A stretch of DNA of 60,897 nt. It comes from Calditrichia bacterium (GTDB lineage Bacteria; Calditrichota; Calditrichia; RBG-13-44-9; J075). Location of the stretch: NCBI GenBank assembly GCA_050633245.1, contig JBOEGD010000007.1:1-60897 (forward strand). Direction: 5' to 3'. A program made the position numbers and the translations under genes. This document shows positions 29,608 through 41,002 of this stretch, piece after piece; within the stretch, counting starts at the first letter, position 1; each line of letters starts with the position of its first letter. The notes under the pieces were generated by a model. That model saw only the letters and a list, made by a program, of their open reading frames with translations. It had not been told where the DNA came from and made no database searches.

Positions 29608-31116
29608 TCAATCCTCGGGGTGCATCTCCGGGCGCATATGCGGGAAAAGCAGCACATCGCGAATAGAGGGCTGATCGGTTAGAACCATACACAACCGGTC
29701 GATTCCTATACCAATGCCCGCTGTCGGCGGCATACCATATTCCATAGCACGCAGATAATCTTCATCCAGCAGTTGAGCCTCATCATCTCCTTTGGCACGC
29801 AACCCCATCTGCTGTTCAAAGCGCTTACGCTGATCGAGCGGATCGTTAAGCTCACTAAAGGCATTGCTGATTTCCTTACCGGCCACAACGGCCTCGAAGC
29901 GCTCCACAATGCGTGGATTATCGCGATGCTTCTTTGCCAATGGAGACATTTCCAGAGGATGGTTCATAATAAAGGTGGGCTGAACCAGCTTTCCTTCAAC
30001 AAACTCACCAAACACCTCGTCAATAATCTTGCCGCTGCCCCAGGTTTTATCTGCCTCTATCTTCAATCCCTTGGCAGCCTCACGCAGTTCATCTTCAGAC
30101 ATCTCAGACATATCTACGCCGGTTGCTTCTTTAATACCTTCAAAAATCGGCAGACGCTTCCACGGCGGTGTAAAATCAATTTCTGTTCCTTGATAGGTCA
30201 CTTTCATGCTACCCAGAACTTTTTGAGCGATGGACGCAATCATATTCTCGCACAGCTCCATCATCCAATTATAGTCTTTATAGGCTACATAAAGTTCCAT
30301 CTGGGTAAATTCAGGGTTGTGAAAACGGCTCATCCCCTCATTTCGGAAATCTTTCGCAAACTCAAAAACGGCATCAAATCCGCCAACAATCAGGCGCTTT
30401 AAATACAGCTCATTTGCGATACGCATATACAGGCGCATATTTAATGCATTGTGATGCGTTACAAACGGCCGTGCTGAAGCCCCGCCGTAAATCGGCTGCA
30501 AAATAGGTGTTTCGACTTCCAGATAATCGCGATCTGTCAAATAACTGCGCATCGAATTGATAATTTTAGAACGCTTTATAAAGACGTTCTTCACTTCCGG
30601 GTTAACTATCAGGTCGACATAGCGCTGACGATAACGGGTTTCTTTATCAGAAAAGGCATCGAAGGTCGTTTTATTTCCGTCCTCATCCACCTTTTCCTTG
30701 ACAACCGGTAACGGGCGTACCGACTTTGACAGCATGGTAACGCTTGCCGCGGCAACGGAAATCTCACCCGTCCGCGTTCTGAAAACTTTACCACCGACAC
30801 CAATGATATCACCAATGTCCAGCAGCTTATAAAGATCAAAGTTTGCTTCACCAACAGTGTCGATGCGCACAAAAATCTGTATGCGGCCATTCATGTCCAT
30901 TAAGTCTACAAAACCGACCTTACCTTTGGATCGATTAGCCATTACACGACCGGCGACCTTTACCTCGGTTCCTTCCAATTCATCGAATGCGTTTACTATC
31001 TCGCTGGTTTGATGTGTTCGCTCAAAACTATGGGGATAGGGCTCTATCTCCATCTTTCTCAATTCCTGAAGCTTGTGCCAGCGTTGCACAAATTCGTTTC
31101 TGCTCTCGTCGCTCAA
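29608..31116 (-). CDS. lysS: Lysine--tRNA ligase (class II)
   Basis: [27 protein letters not shown] and [16 protein letters not shown]; the TTG at 31116 follows AGGAG. Confidence 0.98.
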   Translation of the reverse strand: MSDESRNEFVQRWHKLQELRKMEIEPYPHSFERTHQTSEIVNAFDELEGTEVKVAGRVMANRSKGKVGFVDLMDMNGRIQIFVRIDTVGEANFDLYKLLDIGDIIGVGGKVFRTRTGEISVAAASVTMLSKSVRPLPVVKEKVDEDGNKTTFDAFSDKETRYRQRYVDLIVNPEVKNVFIKRSKIINSMRSYLTDRDYLEVETPILQPIYGGASARPFVTHHNALNMRLYMRIANELYLKRLIVGGFDAVFEFAKDFRNEGMSRFHNPEFTQMELYVAYKDYNWMMELCENMIASIAQKVLGSMKVTYQGTEIDFTPPWKRLPIFEGIKEATGVDMSEMSEDELREAAKGLKIEADKTWGSGKIIDEVFGEFVEGKLVQPTFIMNHPLEMSPLAKKHRDNPRIVERFEAVVAGKEISNAFSELNDPLDQRKRFEQQMGLRAKGDDEAQLLDEDYLRAMEYGMPPTAGIGIGIDRLCMVLTDQPSIRDVLLFPHMRPEMHPED

Positions 31117-31486
31117 CGTTCGTCTCCTATTCCGTTCGCGCATTAAATTCAAAACTTACAGAAAATTCGTTTGCATCACAATATTTCTTTTTAAATAGCG
31201 TATTCTGACTGCACGAATAAGGCAGTTAATGATCTTCATAGACACGGTAAATATCACGATGGTATCCGGTATCAAATCACCAGGTAGTCGCTCCCTTCCC
31301 GCAATTTCTACTCAATTAGAGTCTCCTTATACTATACAATTTGCAGATAGTGGTCATAGATTGACCTCTGGAGGCAATATATGCGTGAAACAGTGCGAAC
31401 TTTTACTTGACATCAAAATTTGAAGTTCATAATTTTTTAATATTCTTATATTTATCAGTTTTTGCTGTATTTGTGAAACATACTGA

Positions 31487-31515
31487 TTGACAACGGGTTT
31501 TAGCAGACTTATAAT
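31487..31515 (+). promoter_or_regulatory. Consensus sigma70 promoter of the chemosensory operon
   Basis: TTGACA (31487-92), N17, TATAAT (31510-15); AGGAG RBS at about 31548, then GTG at 31562. Confidence 0.85.
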
Positions 31516-31561
31516 GAATGTCCCATTGGCATAAAGTTGACTATAACAGGAGTATCTCAAG

Positions 31562-32653
31562 GTGAGCCAGGTTTTCGTTAGATCCGATCAACTTCAGGAT
31601 ATTGTATTCGATATCAAGCTGACGATGGAAGAGTGGAAAGTACTATTTGCCGTAGACGGGCAAATGAATGAGCAGGGATTAGCATCTTTTCTGGACATGA
31701 ACGGTTCGGAAGTCGCAGCGACACTTGAAAAATTAGGCGGCATGCAGCTGCTTCAAACAGCCGGAGTTGTTCCCCAGACGGCTGGCGACTTGGATGACTC
31801 GGGTGAATTCGAAATTTCACTGGGTGAAGACAAGTCAATTATCAACCTCGATGATAAAAGCGAAGAAGATGCTTCCGAAGAGAAGCTCGAGTTCTCTTTG
31901 AGCGAAGAAAACGGTTTTGACACGTTAAACGAAGCTCAGGAAGATGAAGCTGATGATGCGCCCGAGTCTCCCGGAGACGATACTTCCGGCGATGAAGACC
32001 TGGATAAGCTGATTGGCAAGCTTCTCGACGAGGAAGATGACGAAGAAGAAGATGAAGAAATTGAGATCTCTCTCGAAAGCGACCCGGAAATAAACATTTC
32101 CCCCCCCGCGACTGATGATCCTACCGTAAAGTTTGAAGACGGCGACGATTTTAACCTCAGCAGTATCTTTGAGGAAGAAATACAGGATGAAGCCGCTTCC
32201 ATGGATCAGGTTTTAAGCGATCTGGACGAACCGGAGATTCAAATTGATGCCGGAGCAGATATTATCGGCGTAGATACCGGAAGCAACGAAATTGGCACCG
32301 GAACCATACTGGTAGTAGACGACAGCGTTGTTATTCGCAAGATGGTCGAAATTGCTCTTGAAAATGAAGAATACAAAATTGTTGCCGTAGCGACCGGCAA
32401 AGAGGCACTCAAATATCTGGATGAAAACGATCCCGATCTGATTATCCTCGATATTATGCTTTCGGACGTGAACGGACTCGATATCCTTAAGGCCATAAAG
32501 GCCAGCAAGCAAATTCCGGTTGTCATGCTCTCGGCAAAAGATACGCCGCGTGAGACAACCAAAGCCAAGCAGCTTGGTGCAGATGATTTTATTCCCAAGC
32601 CTTTTAAAGACGAAGAACTCGTAAGTAAAATAAAAGAGCTGATAAAGAAGTAA
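31562..32653 (+). CDS. Response regulator: N-terminal DUF4388/PATAN-like winged helix, acidic linker, C-terminal REC (PilG/PilH-like role)
   Basis: LTMEEWKVLFAVDG...EVAATLEKL; about 180 aa D/E-rich linker; REC motifs VVDDS, ILDIML, MLSAK and KPF. Confidence 0.85.
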   Translation: MSQVFVRSDQLQDIVFDIKLTMEEWKVLFAVDGQMNEQGLASFLDMNGSEVAATLEKLGGMQLLQTAGVVPQTAGDLDDSGEFEISLGEDKSIINLDDKSEEDASEEKLEFSLSEENGFDTLNEAQEDEADDAPESPGDDTSGDEDLDKLIGKLLDEEDDEEEDEEIEISLESDPEINISPPATDDPTVKFEDGDDFNLSSIFEEEIQDEAASMDQVLSDLDEPEIQIDAGADIIGVDTGSNEIGTGTILVVDDSVVIRKMVEIALENEEYKIVAVATGKEALKYLDENDPDLIILDIMLSDVNGLDILKAIKASKQIPVVMLSAKDTPRETTKAKQLGADDFIPKPFKDEELVSKIKELIKK

Positions 32654-32684
32654 GCTTCTTCGGCTCGATTGCGATCTGACGACA

Positions 32685-33161
32685 ATGAACGACCCCAACG
32701 TACTGAATCCACACCAGGAAGAAGAACGTCTATCCATTTTCGAGTTGTCTGGTAAGCTGTTTGGATTGGATATTACGCGCTCGCGCGAGGTTATTCCCCT
32801 GCCCCGCTTTACCGCCCTGCCTAACAGCGGGGATATTTTTTTTGGCGTATTCAACTTGCGTGGAGAGATCTTCCCGCTTATCGATATCTCGCCAATATTG
32901 GGCCTCCCTTCCAAACAAATCCAGTCTGACGATATGGCTATCTTGCTCGATGGCCCCGAAGAGTTGATAATGGCGATGCTGGCTGATAAGATTTACAGCG
33001 TATTAACCTATACTGATGCTGAAATTAAGCCGGCAAAAGGCGTTATATCGCCCAAGTTGGAGTCTTTTACCAAGGGCATTCTAGAACATGAAGAGAGCTT
33101 GATCCACTTATTGGATCTCGACTCTATATTTAACACCAAAGATTTACTTGCTCATTTTTAA
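32685..33161 (+). CDS. cheW: CheW-family adaptor (PilI-like)
   Basis: LFGLDI..SREVI, GVFNLRGEIFPLID and LLDLDSIF. Confidence 0.93.
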   Translation: MNDPNVLNPHQEEERLSIFELSGKLFGLDITRSREVIPLPRFTALPNSGDIFFGVFNLRGEIFPLIDISPILGLPSKQIQSDDMAILLDGPEELIMAMLADKIYSVLTYTDAEIKPAKGVISPKLESFTKGILEHEESLIHLLDLDSIFNTKDLLAHF

Positions 33162-33173
33162 TCGGGTATCCTG

Positions 33174-35054
33174 ATGAAATCAAACTTTATCGGACTTCGT
33201 TGGAAGTTCTTCTTCATCATGTTCCTTGTCAGCTTCTTCCTGTTGGCGATCGGACTGTTTTGGGTGACCAATTCCATTCGTGGACAAGTGGAAAACCAGG
33301 CTAAAAGCTATTTGCAGCAAATCGGCGAGCTGTATGGACAAATGATATCAGGTGAGCTTATTCCAGACGTTACCAATGTGAATGAGAGTAACGATGTTGC
33401 TTTTCGCCTGTTGTCCAAGAAAACCAACCAGGCCGAGAATCTAGCTGCAAATCTACTCCCAAAGGCCACATACGGCAGCACAAACGAAAATTACCGCAAT
33501 CCATTTCCCATAAAATCATTCTCCGTCCTACAGCCCAATGGTAATCGCTTAACATTTGTGTATCCACAATCCAGCGGGCCCTCTCAGGATATTGACCGAT
33601 TCGATGCCGCCTCTGAAGTCTTAACCTCTCGTGCGGGTATATTGTTGGATCATCAAACAGAAGACAATAGCGAAAATCTGTATTATCTCGCCCCCATAAC
33701 CAATACCAACGGTGATGTTATTGCCTTGGCCCGCGTAAGCATGGCGCGCATTGAACTGGAAAAACACTTCGTCTCATTCTGGTGGAATTTACTACTTTTA
33801 AGTCTTTTAGGTGCCATTCTCTGCTTTGCACTGGCCCACTTTCTGGCCCAACACTATGTTATTCGCCATATAGACGAATATGTAGACTTTGTGAACCGGG
33901 TATCTGAGGGTAACTACGATTTAAGATTGAACCAAAATACACGTGACGAGATCGAGAAGATCGGTAATGCGCTGAACGTGATGCTCGAAAAACTTGAAGG
34001 ACTTATTGAGAGCGAAGCAGACAGAGATCGATTGCAAAAGAACATTACCAGTCTGCTGCGCATCGTGTCCGCAGCAGCAGATGGAGATTTTACCGTCAGC
34101 GCCGAAGTAACTGCAGATACGCTGGGAGCGCTCGCCGATTCGTTTAACCTGATGGTCGCCGATCTTTCCCGCTTGATTCGCGACGTAAAGAGCGCATCAG
34201 ACCAGATTCAAACATCTACTCGTGAGATTTTGATTAATACCGAAAGCATGTCTCTGGGTGCCGATAGTCAGGCGAAAGAAATTGAAGGCACCTACCAGGG
34301 CGCCGATGAGATGGCCAGTATTTTGAAATACGCCAACGTTCGTACCGCTCAGGCAGCAGATTCTGCTCGACGCGCCTCTCAGGTTGCTCTTGAGGGCACC
34401 GAAGTTGTAGGAAAATCTATGGAAGGTATGCGCTTTATACGCGAACGCGTTCAGGAAACCGCCCGTCGCGTAAGAACTCTCGGTGAAAGCTCGGTTGAGA
34501 TCGGCGAAATTATCGAGGTTATCTCGGATATCGCAAACCGCACCAACCTTCTGGCACTAAATGCCACTATAGAGGCCGCCCGCGCTGGAGAGGCGGGTCG
34601 TGGATTTGCAGTTGTCGCCGATGAAGTGCGCATGCTAGCGGAGCGCTCAAGCCAGGCGGCGAAGGATATCGCGGGAATCGTTGAGACCATTCAGGCCGGC
34701 ACAAGTGAAGCTGTAATTGCCATGGAACATGGCACTGAAGAGGTCGAAAGAGGCACCGCTTATGTAGATGAAGCAGGTGTCGCGTTAAAAAAGATCATTG
34801 AAATGGTTCAAGATTCCTCACAATCTATTACAGAAATTTCAGGATCTTTCCAACAGCAAACCAAAAGTAGCTCGGAAATAGCTGATGCCATGAAGCGCAC
34901 AGCTTCTATCGCCCGCGAAACGGCGAAGGGAGCACGCAAGTCACGCGACCTGGCAGAACAAATGGAAAAGTTATCAAGAAGGCTGAATACAGCAGTATCA
35001 AAATTCCGTCTTAGCACGATCATTACGAATAACAGAGCCAAAGTAGAGAAATAA
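33174..35054 (+). CDS. Methyl-accepting chemotaxis protein (PilJ-like)
   Basis: Two TM helices around a periplasmic sensor, HAMP domains ([11 protein letters not shown]; ALADSFN), signalling hairpin [34 protein letters not shown]. Confidence 0.95.
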   Translation: MKSNFIGLRWKFFFIMFLVSFFLLAIGLFWVTNSIRGQVENQAKSYLQQIGELYGQMISGELIPDVTNVNESNDVAFRLLSKKTNQAENLAANLLPKATYGSTNENYRNPFPIKSFSVLQPNGNRLTFVYPQSSGPSQDIDRFDAASEVLTSRAGILLDHQTEDNSENLYYLAPITNTNGDVIALARVSMARIELEKHFVSFWWNLLLLSLLGAILCFALAHFLAQHYVIRHIDEYVDFVNRVSEGNYDLRLNQNTRDEIEKIGNALNVMLEKLEGLIESEADRDRLQKNITSLLRIVSAAADGDFTVSAEVTADTLGALADSFNLMVADLSRLIRDVKSASDQIQTSTREILINTESMSLGADSQAKEIEGTYQGADEMASILKYANVRTAQAADSARRASQVALEGTEVVGKSMEGMRFIRERVQETARRVRTLGESSVEIGEIIEVISDIANRTNLLALNATIEAARAGEAGRGFAVVADEVRMLAERSSQAAKDIAGIVETIQAGTSEAVIAMEHGTEEVERGTAYVDEAGVALKKIIEMVQDSSQSITEISGSFQQQTKSSSEIADAMKRTASIARETAKGARKSRDLAEQMEKLSRRLNTAVSKFRLSTIITNNRAKVEK

Positions 35055-35075
35055 CCTAAACTTCAGGGTTGCTTT

Positions 35076-38000
35076 ATGAACGCAAATATGCCCACAACAT
35101 TCGAATCTTTCTATTTCTTTCAACTGCTCGATAAAATTCGAGCCAACGGGCGACAGCATTATCCAAAAGAAGATGTCAGCTTTCTTGAAACATTGCTGGC
35201 CTTTATGGAAACGGAAGAAGATGCACATAGCAGCATCGAAAAGATTGCCATTGCTCAAGATACCAGTGACCTGGCTATCTTCTTCTCAGATATCCTTGAA
35301 CAACTGCACTTAATGCCGCCGGATAACTCGATGGAGCGCCTTGAAGAGCGAGCCGGAGACTTTTCAGATCTTTTCCAGCTCTATCTGCAAAGTGAAGATT
35401 GGAAAGAGAGCTTCACAACAAATATTATCAACGGAAATGGCAATGCCGTTGCCGAAGACGTGCAGGAAGAAAACACCTTCCAGCCCGAAGCAGAAGACAC
35501 GCCAATCGAGACACAAGTTTCGCTGGAAGAATACTGCGACTCTATACTTCGCGAGAAAATTCAGCAGCAAACGACTGCCCTGCCTCCAGAACGCGCCAAA
35601 CGCTTTGAAAAGCAGCTACAGCAGTTCATAGAAGAACCATTACTGGCGCATCAGCTCGCCGAACACGTACATGTATCTGAAGCAAGCGAGTTTCGGGACA
35701 TCGTTTCGACCTTGTCTACCAGAGGATCTGCCAAAGCGGAAGATGTAATGCAGGAATTTAATGCTCGCGCAGAAAAACTCCTTCATTTATTCTACAATCT
35801 ACAGGAAACAAGCCAATCTGCTATTGATAAGGTGCTTCAGCCGGAAGAAGAAATGGCAGAGGAACCACTTGAGAATCTATTTGCCGATGCTGAAACATTG
35901 ATCGGTGAAGATGAGCCGATTGATTTTGCCAATATTGAAATGCAATCCAGTGAAGTTACTGACGAGGAATTCGACCAGAATCCGCTACGAAGCAGTGAGC
36001 CGACGGAAGAAGAACGCGAGCGACGCAAGTTCCTCAAAGACTATGTGACAGGTGAAGTAGCCTCATTTAGCACTGAGGTTATTGATAAACTAGACGTTAT
36101 TATCGATGATCCGGGCAATGAATCGGGCTTCCACGAGCTCCAGGAGAGCTTAAAGGGACTACACGATCTGGGACAAATTCATTCCTATCCCGCAATAGAA
36201 GAGCTATCCGGTAATTTGACCAACCTGTTTAATGAGCTGAACGATAGCGGCAAAGCCGTTCCCGGCACCGCCCGCGCTAAGCTATCGGCTCTGCTTGCAA
36301 CGCTACCCAATTATATTGAAGCAGCACTCGATGAGCAGGAAAAGATTACCGTTACTGAAATGAACAGCAAGCTGGCCGATTTCAAGGCAAGTCTCTTTGA
36401 GTCATCTGAAGGCGCAGAGATTAATGAGCTGAAGACAATGCGTGATTCTTTTCAGGACATCTTTTCTCGCTCTACCCAAAAAATTGCGTCAGACATTGGT
36501 GAACCAAATTTTGAGATCGAAGACCTCAATCCGACGTTCGAGAATCTTGCCTATTGGACACAGTTATTGAAGCTTGATAATGCAGCAGATGCTGTAGCAA
36601 AGCTGAAAAACTTTATTGTTGAAAATAACGTTAGTGAAATGAATGCTGAGGCAAGAGTCAATCTGCAATCAATCGTCGGTAAGCTGGAATATGTAGATCT
36701 CGATGCAGATACGAGTGTATGGCAAACCTACCTGTCGCCTCTTAGCGAGCCGCTGGAAGAAGATCATGCGGTTTCCGTCACTTCTGCCCTTTCTGCAATG
36801 AAGGATGTTGGCGTGCGCACAATTGCTCAATTGAGTAGCAAACTGGAAGATGGTGTTAAAGCAGCCAGTCTTGCTGTAGACGAACTTCCGACCATGCTGG
36901 GAACGCTGGATGCACAGGCTGCTCTTATTGGCGATTCTGAACTTACTGAAATGACCGCTACACTTAAGTATACAATGAACGAGCTCGAAAGTGCAGCGAT
37001 TCTGAATAATTCTCAAGCTGAGACTCAGCTCGCTCAATTTCTGGAGTCACTTAAAGCAGCTGTGGGAGCTCTACCCGCTACCCCGCCGACAACAACACTC
37101 GCTGAGCAATTGCGAGCGATTGCCGAAGCGGAGGAACAAGAGCTTGAATTCGAAGGGTTTACTGCAGAATCTGCAGGCTTTCTCTCGGATGATTCCTCGG
37201 AAGAATTTATATCCACAATGTCTGACGAGACAGTCAATGATATAATGGATATCTTCCGTAAAGAAGCGCAGGTATACATAAAAGAAATTCGTGCCCACCT
37301 TGAAACGCTTCGTTCGGACATAAATAGTGAAGAAGCTTGGAAAGGCATGGGTGTTTCCGCCCATACGCTGAAGGGCTCCTCGCAAATGGTTGGGCAGAAC
37401 TACGTCGCCAGCCTTGCCGAGCCATTAGACGGTGCCATTGAGCAGGCGGAAAACGGAGAATTAGTTAAAAGCTCGATTCTCGTTGCAATTCTGGCAGATA
37501 TTACCGCACATATCGATGGCGGATTGCGCGGAGAAGAAAAAGATAGCGCAGATGTCCTAAAGCGTCTTTCAGCCTATGCCGCAGGAGATCTTAGTGCAGA
37601 GGTTCTCGACGATGAAGATATGATTGATGATCTTGAAGAGCTTTCCTTTGCTGTAGAAGAATCCGCTGACGATGCAGTTGAAACACCAGAGGAAGAAGCA
37701 GAAGAAGACGTCATTCTAAACCTGCTTGGTGAAGATGAACCGGAAGAAGCAGAAGAAGAGGCGGCTGCGGAACAACTTGCCGAAACCGATGAAGTTGAAG
37801 AAGCTGAAACTGAAGTTGCTGATATGGTTGCAGAAGCTCTTACTGAAGAAGCAACCGAAACCGACGATCTAATCGTTTTGAAAGAAGAAGATCCTGAACT
37901 ACTTCAAATATTCGACAGTGAAGTAACAAACAATTTTGATCTGATAGAGAAAAACCTGACCAACCTTACAAAGTTTGGTTATGACAAAGAAGCTCTTCAG

Positions 38001-40808
38001 CAGATAGAGCGCGCCGTTCACGAAATTCGCGGTGCCGCAAAGATGCTTGGTATTAGCGAGATCGCGAAGATAACCGATAAACTCGAACGTATTTTCGAGC
38101 TTTTGGTTCAGCGTCGACACGACGATCTGAATGGTGTTATAACTGTAACTCGACGCTCGATGGTGGTTATTCGTGAACTGACAACGAATCACAAAGTCAA
38201 GCGCGAGTTATATGACGAAGTCGATGAGCGCCTTGAGCATATTATCAACAATTATGATGAGCCCGCAGCTGCTGCAAATGCTGCAACTTCCGGCAGTGAT
38301 GGTGATGACTCCTCTGCCTCTATCGATACGGCAACCTTGCTTGGTGCGGGAGCTGCCGCAGCTGCTACCACCTTCCTGGATGACGAGCCCGAAGCTGTGC
38401 TGGAAGAAGAAGAGGAAGAAGAACGTCCCAAGCCCGCACCTCATCTGCTGGAACTATATATTCAGGAAGCCCGCGAGCAAATTGACGATATCAACTATTT
38501 ACTATTAAAGCTCGAAAAGAACCCTGAGAACGAAGAGCTACAGCATCATCTAATGCGCTGTATGCACACATTGAAAGGCTCATCGGGCATGGTTCATGCC
38601 AGCCATATTGAGGTTTTATCACATCGTTGCGAAGATATTCTTGAAAAAACGCTGAACGACAAGGTCCCAATGCCGGTTGATCTGTTTAACGTGCTTTTTG
38701 AGGTAGTGGATGAGATAACCCTCATTCTCGATCATTTCCAGGTTGATGCCGTTGAAAAGACGAAAAACTTCGCTGACGTTAAGACTAAGCTCAATGAGTA
38801 TCACAGCCAGATTGATCCTGTCGGGAACGCCTCATCTTCAGCTATCGAACCAAGTGCTGCCGAACAAAAAAGAGCAAGTTCTCCAAGTTTGGAACAGGAA
38901 ACGGGTAGCGAGAAGCAAAAAGCAACCTATCTGCGCCTGAATATCAACAAGATGAATCACTTGTTGAATCTTGCAGCAGAACTGGTCGTCAGCAATAACC
39001 AGTTCAAAACGCAGCTCGATCGCTTAAAGAACTTCTTCCCGATGCTCAATTCGAATCTTAAGGTATTCAGAGATACTGAAGATTACATAAGCACGACCCT
39101 GCGCGAAGAAAAGCGTATACAGGAATCTCTGCACAAGATGGTTGAAGACAGTCCGGGAACACAGGAATCGCTGAAAAAGCAGGTTGACAATATTCAGCGA
39201 ACTCTGAAGAACATTCGCTCTCTACAGGACGAGATCACTTCCATTACACATACGCTAAAGGAAAATTCCAAAGCGTATGACGAGAACCTGCAAAAGCTGA
39301 ACAAGTTGAGCAATGAACTTCTCGATGAGATTATGCAGGCACGCCTTGTGCGCATCGATCTCCTGTTCCAGCGTTTTCATCGCCCAATTCGCGATCTTGC
39401 TAATCAGCTGCAAAAACAGATTAAGCTTAAAATAAGCGGCCAGGATACCGAACTGGATCGTACGCTGATTGACGAACTATATGAGCCGCTACTGCACATC
39501 GTCCGCAACTCCATCGATCACGGACTTGAAACGGTTGAAGAACGCGAGGCTGCCGGCAAAGATCCGGAAGGAACGCTATCGATCAAAGCCTACCGCGATC
39601 GCAATCAGGTGATTGTCGAGGTTAAAGATGACGGTAAGGGTATAGATATCGAGCGCGTTAAGGAAAAGGCTCTTGAAAAAGGCCTTCTAAAGGCTGAAGA
39701 TACGGAGCGCATGACGGAGCAGGAAATATTTGAGTATTTGTTCTATCCGGGATTCTCTACGGCCACCGAGACCACGATGGTTTCAGGACGCGGTGTTGGC
39801 CTGGATGCGGTGAAAACCCAAATCGAGAAGGCCAAAGGTGACATACGTATGAGCACCGAGTTGGGTAAAGGCACTACCATTAGCATCCGCGTGCCAATCT
39901 CACTTTCCGTTATTCAATCGATGCTCACTGAAGTAGCCGGTCAGATTTATTCTGTACCACTGCTACAGGTAGAGGAAACACTGCATGTGAGTGCAGAAGA
40001 CTTGATTTATGAAGATGAAAACTATCTCATTCGCTATCGAGAGAAAAAAATACCGGTCGTTATGCTTAGCAGACTGCTGAAGATCCGCGAGGATGCAGAA
40101 ACCAGACTGAGTAGCAGCGGTAGCTTTCCTGTAATTATGGTTCAGGATGAAGGTCAGCGAGTTGCTTTGCTGGTGGATAAGATCATTCGCCGCGAGGAAA
40201 TTCTTATCAAGTCGCTTGGCCCCGGATTACGTCGTTTGAAATATATCTCCGGCGGTTCAATTATGGCCGATGGCCAGGTTGTTCTGGTTATCGACATTCC
40301 GCAGATTATTCAGGATTTCCAGCGAGGCATTGCTCAAGCACCGGAATCACCAGCCGCGGTTGTAACAACAGTTGAACCCGTTGAGCCTCCACGCCCTGCG
40401 CGCAAGAAACCGACGCGAAAACGTATTGAAGGTCGCAAACCGATGGCACTGATTGTTGATGACTCTCTGAGTATTCGCAAATACCTCAGTAGTTTGCTCA
40501 TTCAGAAAGGCTATCAAACCAGTACCGCCCGCAATGGCTACGAAGCTCTTGAACTGCTGAACAAACAAGACTTCGATATTATGGTGACAGATCTGGAAAT
40601 GCCAAAGCTGTCTGGTTATGAGCTTATCGAGACGGTGCGATATGATAAACGTTTCTCCGGATTTCCGATAATTGTTCTTACCGGCCGCGCAGGCGAGAAC
40701 TTTCGCCAGCTTACCAGTGAACTCGGTGCAGATGCTTATATCGTCAAGCCGTTCAAGGATCGCGAACTCTTCGATCAGCTGGAACGCTTTATTGACTACA
40801 AAATGTAA
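35076..40808 (+). CDS. chpA: ChpA-like hybrid CheA kinase (multiple Hpt, dimerisation, HATPase, CheW, REC)
   Basis: His-bearing Hpts AHTLKGSS, VHEIRGAA and MHTLKGSS; EPLLHIVRNSIDHG, DDGKG, PGFST..SGRGVGLD; CheW domain; C-terminal REC (VDDS, TDLEMP, KPF). Confidence 0.9.
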   Translation: MNANMPTTFESFYFFQLLDKIRANGRQHYPKEDVSFLETLLAFMETEEDAHSSIEKIAIAQDTSDLAIFFSDILEQLHLMPPDNSMERLEERAGDFSDLFQLYLQSEDWKESFTTNIINGNGNAVAEDVQEENTFQPEAEDTPIETQVSLEEYCDSILREKIQQQTTALPPERAKRFEKQLQQFIEEPLLAHQLAEHVHVSEASEFRDIVSTLSTRGSAKAEDVMQEFNARAEKLLHLFYNLQETSQSAIDKVLQPEEEMAEEPLENLFADAETLIGEDEPIDFANIEMQSSEVTDEEFDQNPLRSSEPTEEERERRKFLKDYVTGEVASFSTEVIDKLDVIIDDPGNESGFHELQESLKGLHDLGQIHSYPAIEELSGNLTNLFNELNDSGKAVPGTARAKLSALLATLPNYIEAALDEQEKITVTEMNSKLADFKASLFESSEGAEINELKTMRDSFQDIFSRSTQKIASDIGEPNFEIEDLNPTFENLAYWTQLLKLDNAADAVAKLKNFIVENNVSEMNAEARVNLQSIVGKLEYVDLDADTSVWQTYLSPLSEPLEEDHAVSVTSALSAMKDVGVRTIAQLSSKLEDGVKAASLAVDELPTMLGTLDAQAALIGDSELTEMTATLKYTMNELESAAILNNSQAETQLAQFLESLKAAVGALPATPPTTTLAEQLRAIAEAEEQELEFEGFTAESAGFLSDDSSEEFISTMSDETVNDIMDIFRKEAQVYIKEIRAHLETLRSDINSEEAWKGMGVSAHTLKGSSQMVGQNYVASLAEPLDGAIEQAENGELVKSSILVAILADITAHIDGGLRGEEKDSADVLKRLSAYAAGDLSAEVLDDEDMIDDLEELSFAVEESADDAVETPEEEAEEDVILNLLGEDEPEEAEEEAAAEQLAETDEVEEAETEVADMVAEALTEEATETDDLIVLKEEDPELLQIFDSEVTNNFDLIEKNLTNLTKFGYDKEALQQIERAVHEIRGAAKMLGISEIAKITDKLERIFELLVQRRHDDLNGVITVTRRSMVVIRELTTNHKVKRELYDEVDERLEHIINNYDEPAAAANAATSGSDGDDSSASIDTATLLGAGAAAAATTFLDDEPEAVLEEEEEEERPKPAPHLLELYIQEAREQIDDINYLLLKLEKNPENEELQHHLMRCMHTLKGSSGMVHASHIEVLSHRCEDILEKTLNDKVPMPVDLFNVLFEVVDEITLILDHFQVDAVEKTKNFADVKTKLNEYHSQIDPVGNASSSAIEPSAAEQKRASSPSLEQETGSEKQKATYLRLNINKMNHLLNLAAELVVSNNQFKTQLDRLKNFFPMLNSNLKVFRDTEDYISTTLREEKRIQESLHKMVEDSPGTQESLKKQVDNIQRTLKNIRSLQDEITSITHTLKENSKAYDENLQKLNKLSNELLDEIMQARLVRIDLLFQRFHRPIRDLANQLQKQIKLKISGQDTELDRTLIDELYEPLLHIVRNSIDHGLETVEEREAAGKDPEGTLSIKAYRDRNQVIVEVKDDGKGIDIERVKEKALEKGLLKAEDTERMTEQEIFEYLFYPGFSTATETTMVSGRGVGLDAVKTQIEKAKGDIRMSTELGKGTTISIRVPISLSVIQSMLTEVAGQIYSVPLLQVEETLHVSAEDLIYEDENYLIRYREKKIPVVMLSRLLKIREDAETRLSSSGSFPVIMVQDEGQRVALLVDKIIRREEILIKSLGPGLRRLKYISGGSIMADGQVVLVIDIPQIIQDFQRGIAQAPESPAAVVTTVEPVEPPRPARKKPTRKRIEGRKPMALIVDDSLSIRKYLSSLLIQKGYQTSTARNGYEALELLNKQDFDIMVTDLEMPKLSGYELIETVRYDKRFSGFPIIVLTGRAGENFRQLTSELGADAYIVKPFKDRELFDQLERFIDYKM

Positions 40809-40815
40809 TTTCCCG

Positions 40816-40843
40816 GTTTCCGGGGATTCACATCCCCGGAAAC
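40816..40843. terminator. Perfect hairpin (terminator or REP-like) after the chpA-like gene
   Basis: gtttccggggat-tcac-atccccggaaac. Confidence 0.55.
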
Positions 40844-41002
40844 GTTGATCTTCTCTCCCCTGCTTTCCACCCCCTCTGCATAATTATCTAAAAATTCACC
40901 AGTTTAGTTGAAATGCTGCTCTTTATTTTGTATATATCCAGTCTACCCTTATATGATGGGTTAGCGAGCTGCAAAAATAAAACTTGTGAAAGAACGCCCT
41001 TA

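Noticed and set aside
29773-32914. Long antisense ORFs (29773-30402, 32213-32914, 32239-32712)
   Set aside because: They overlap lysS or the response regulator/cheW genes on the opposite strand and have no recognisable motifs.
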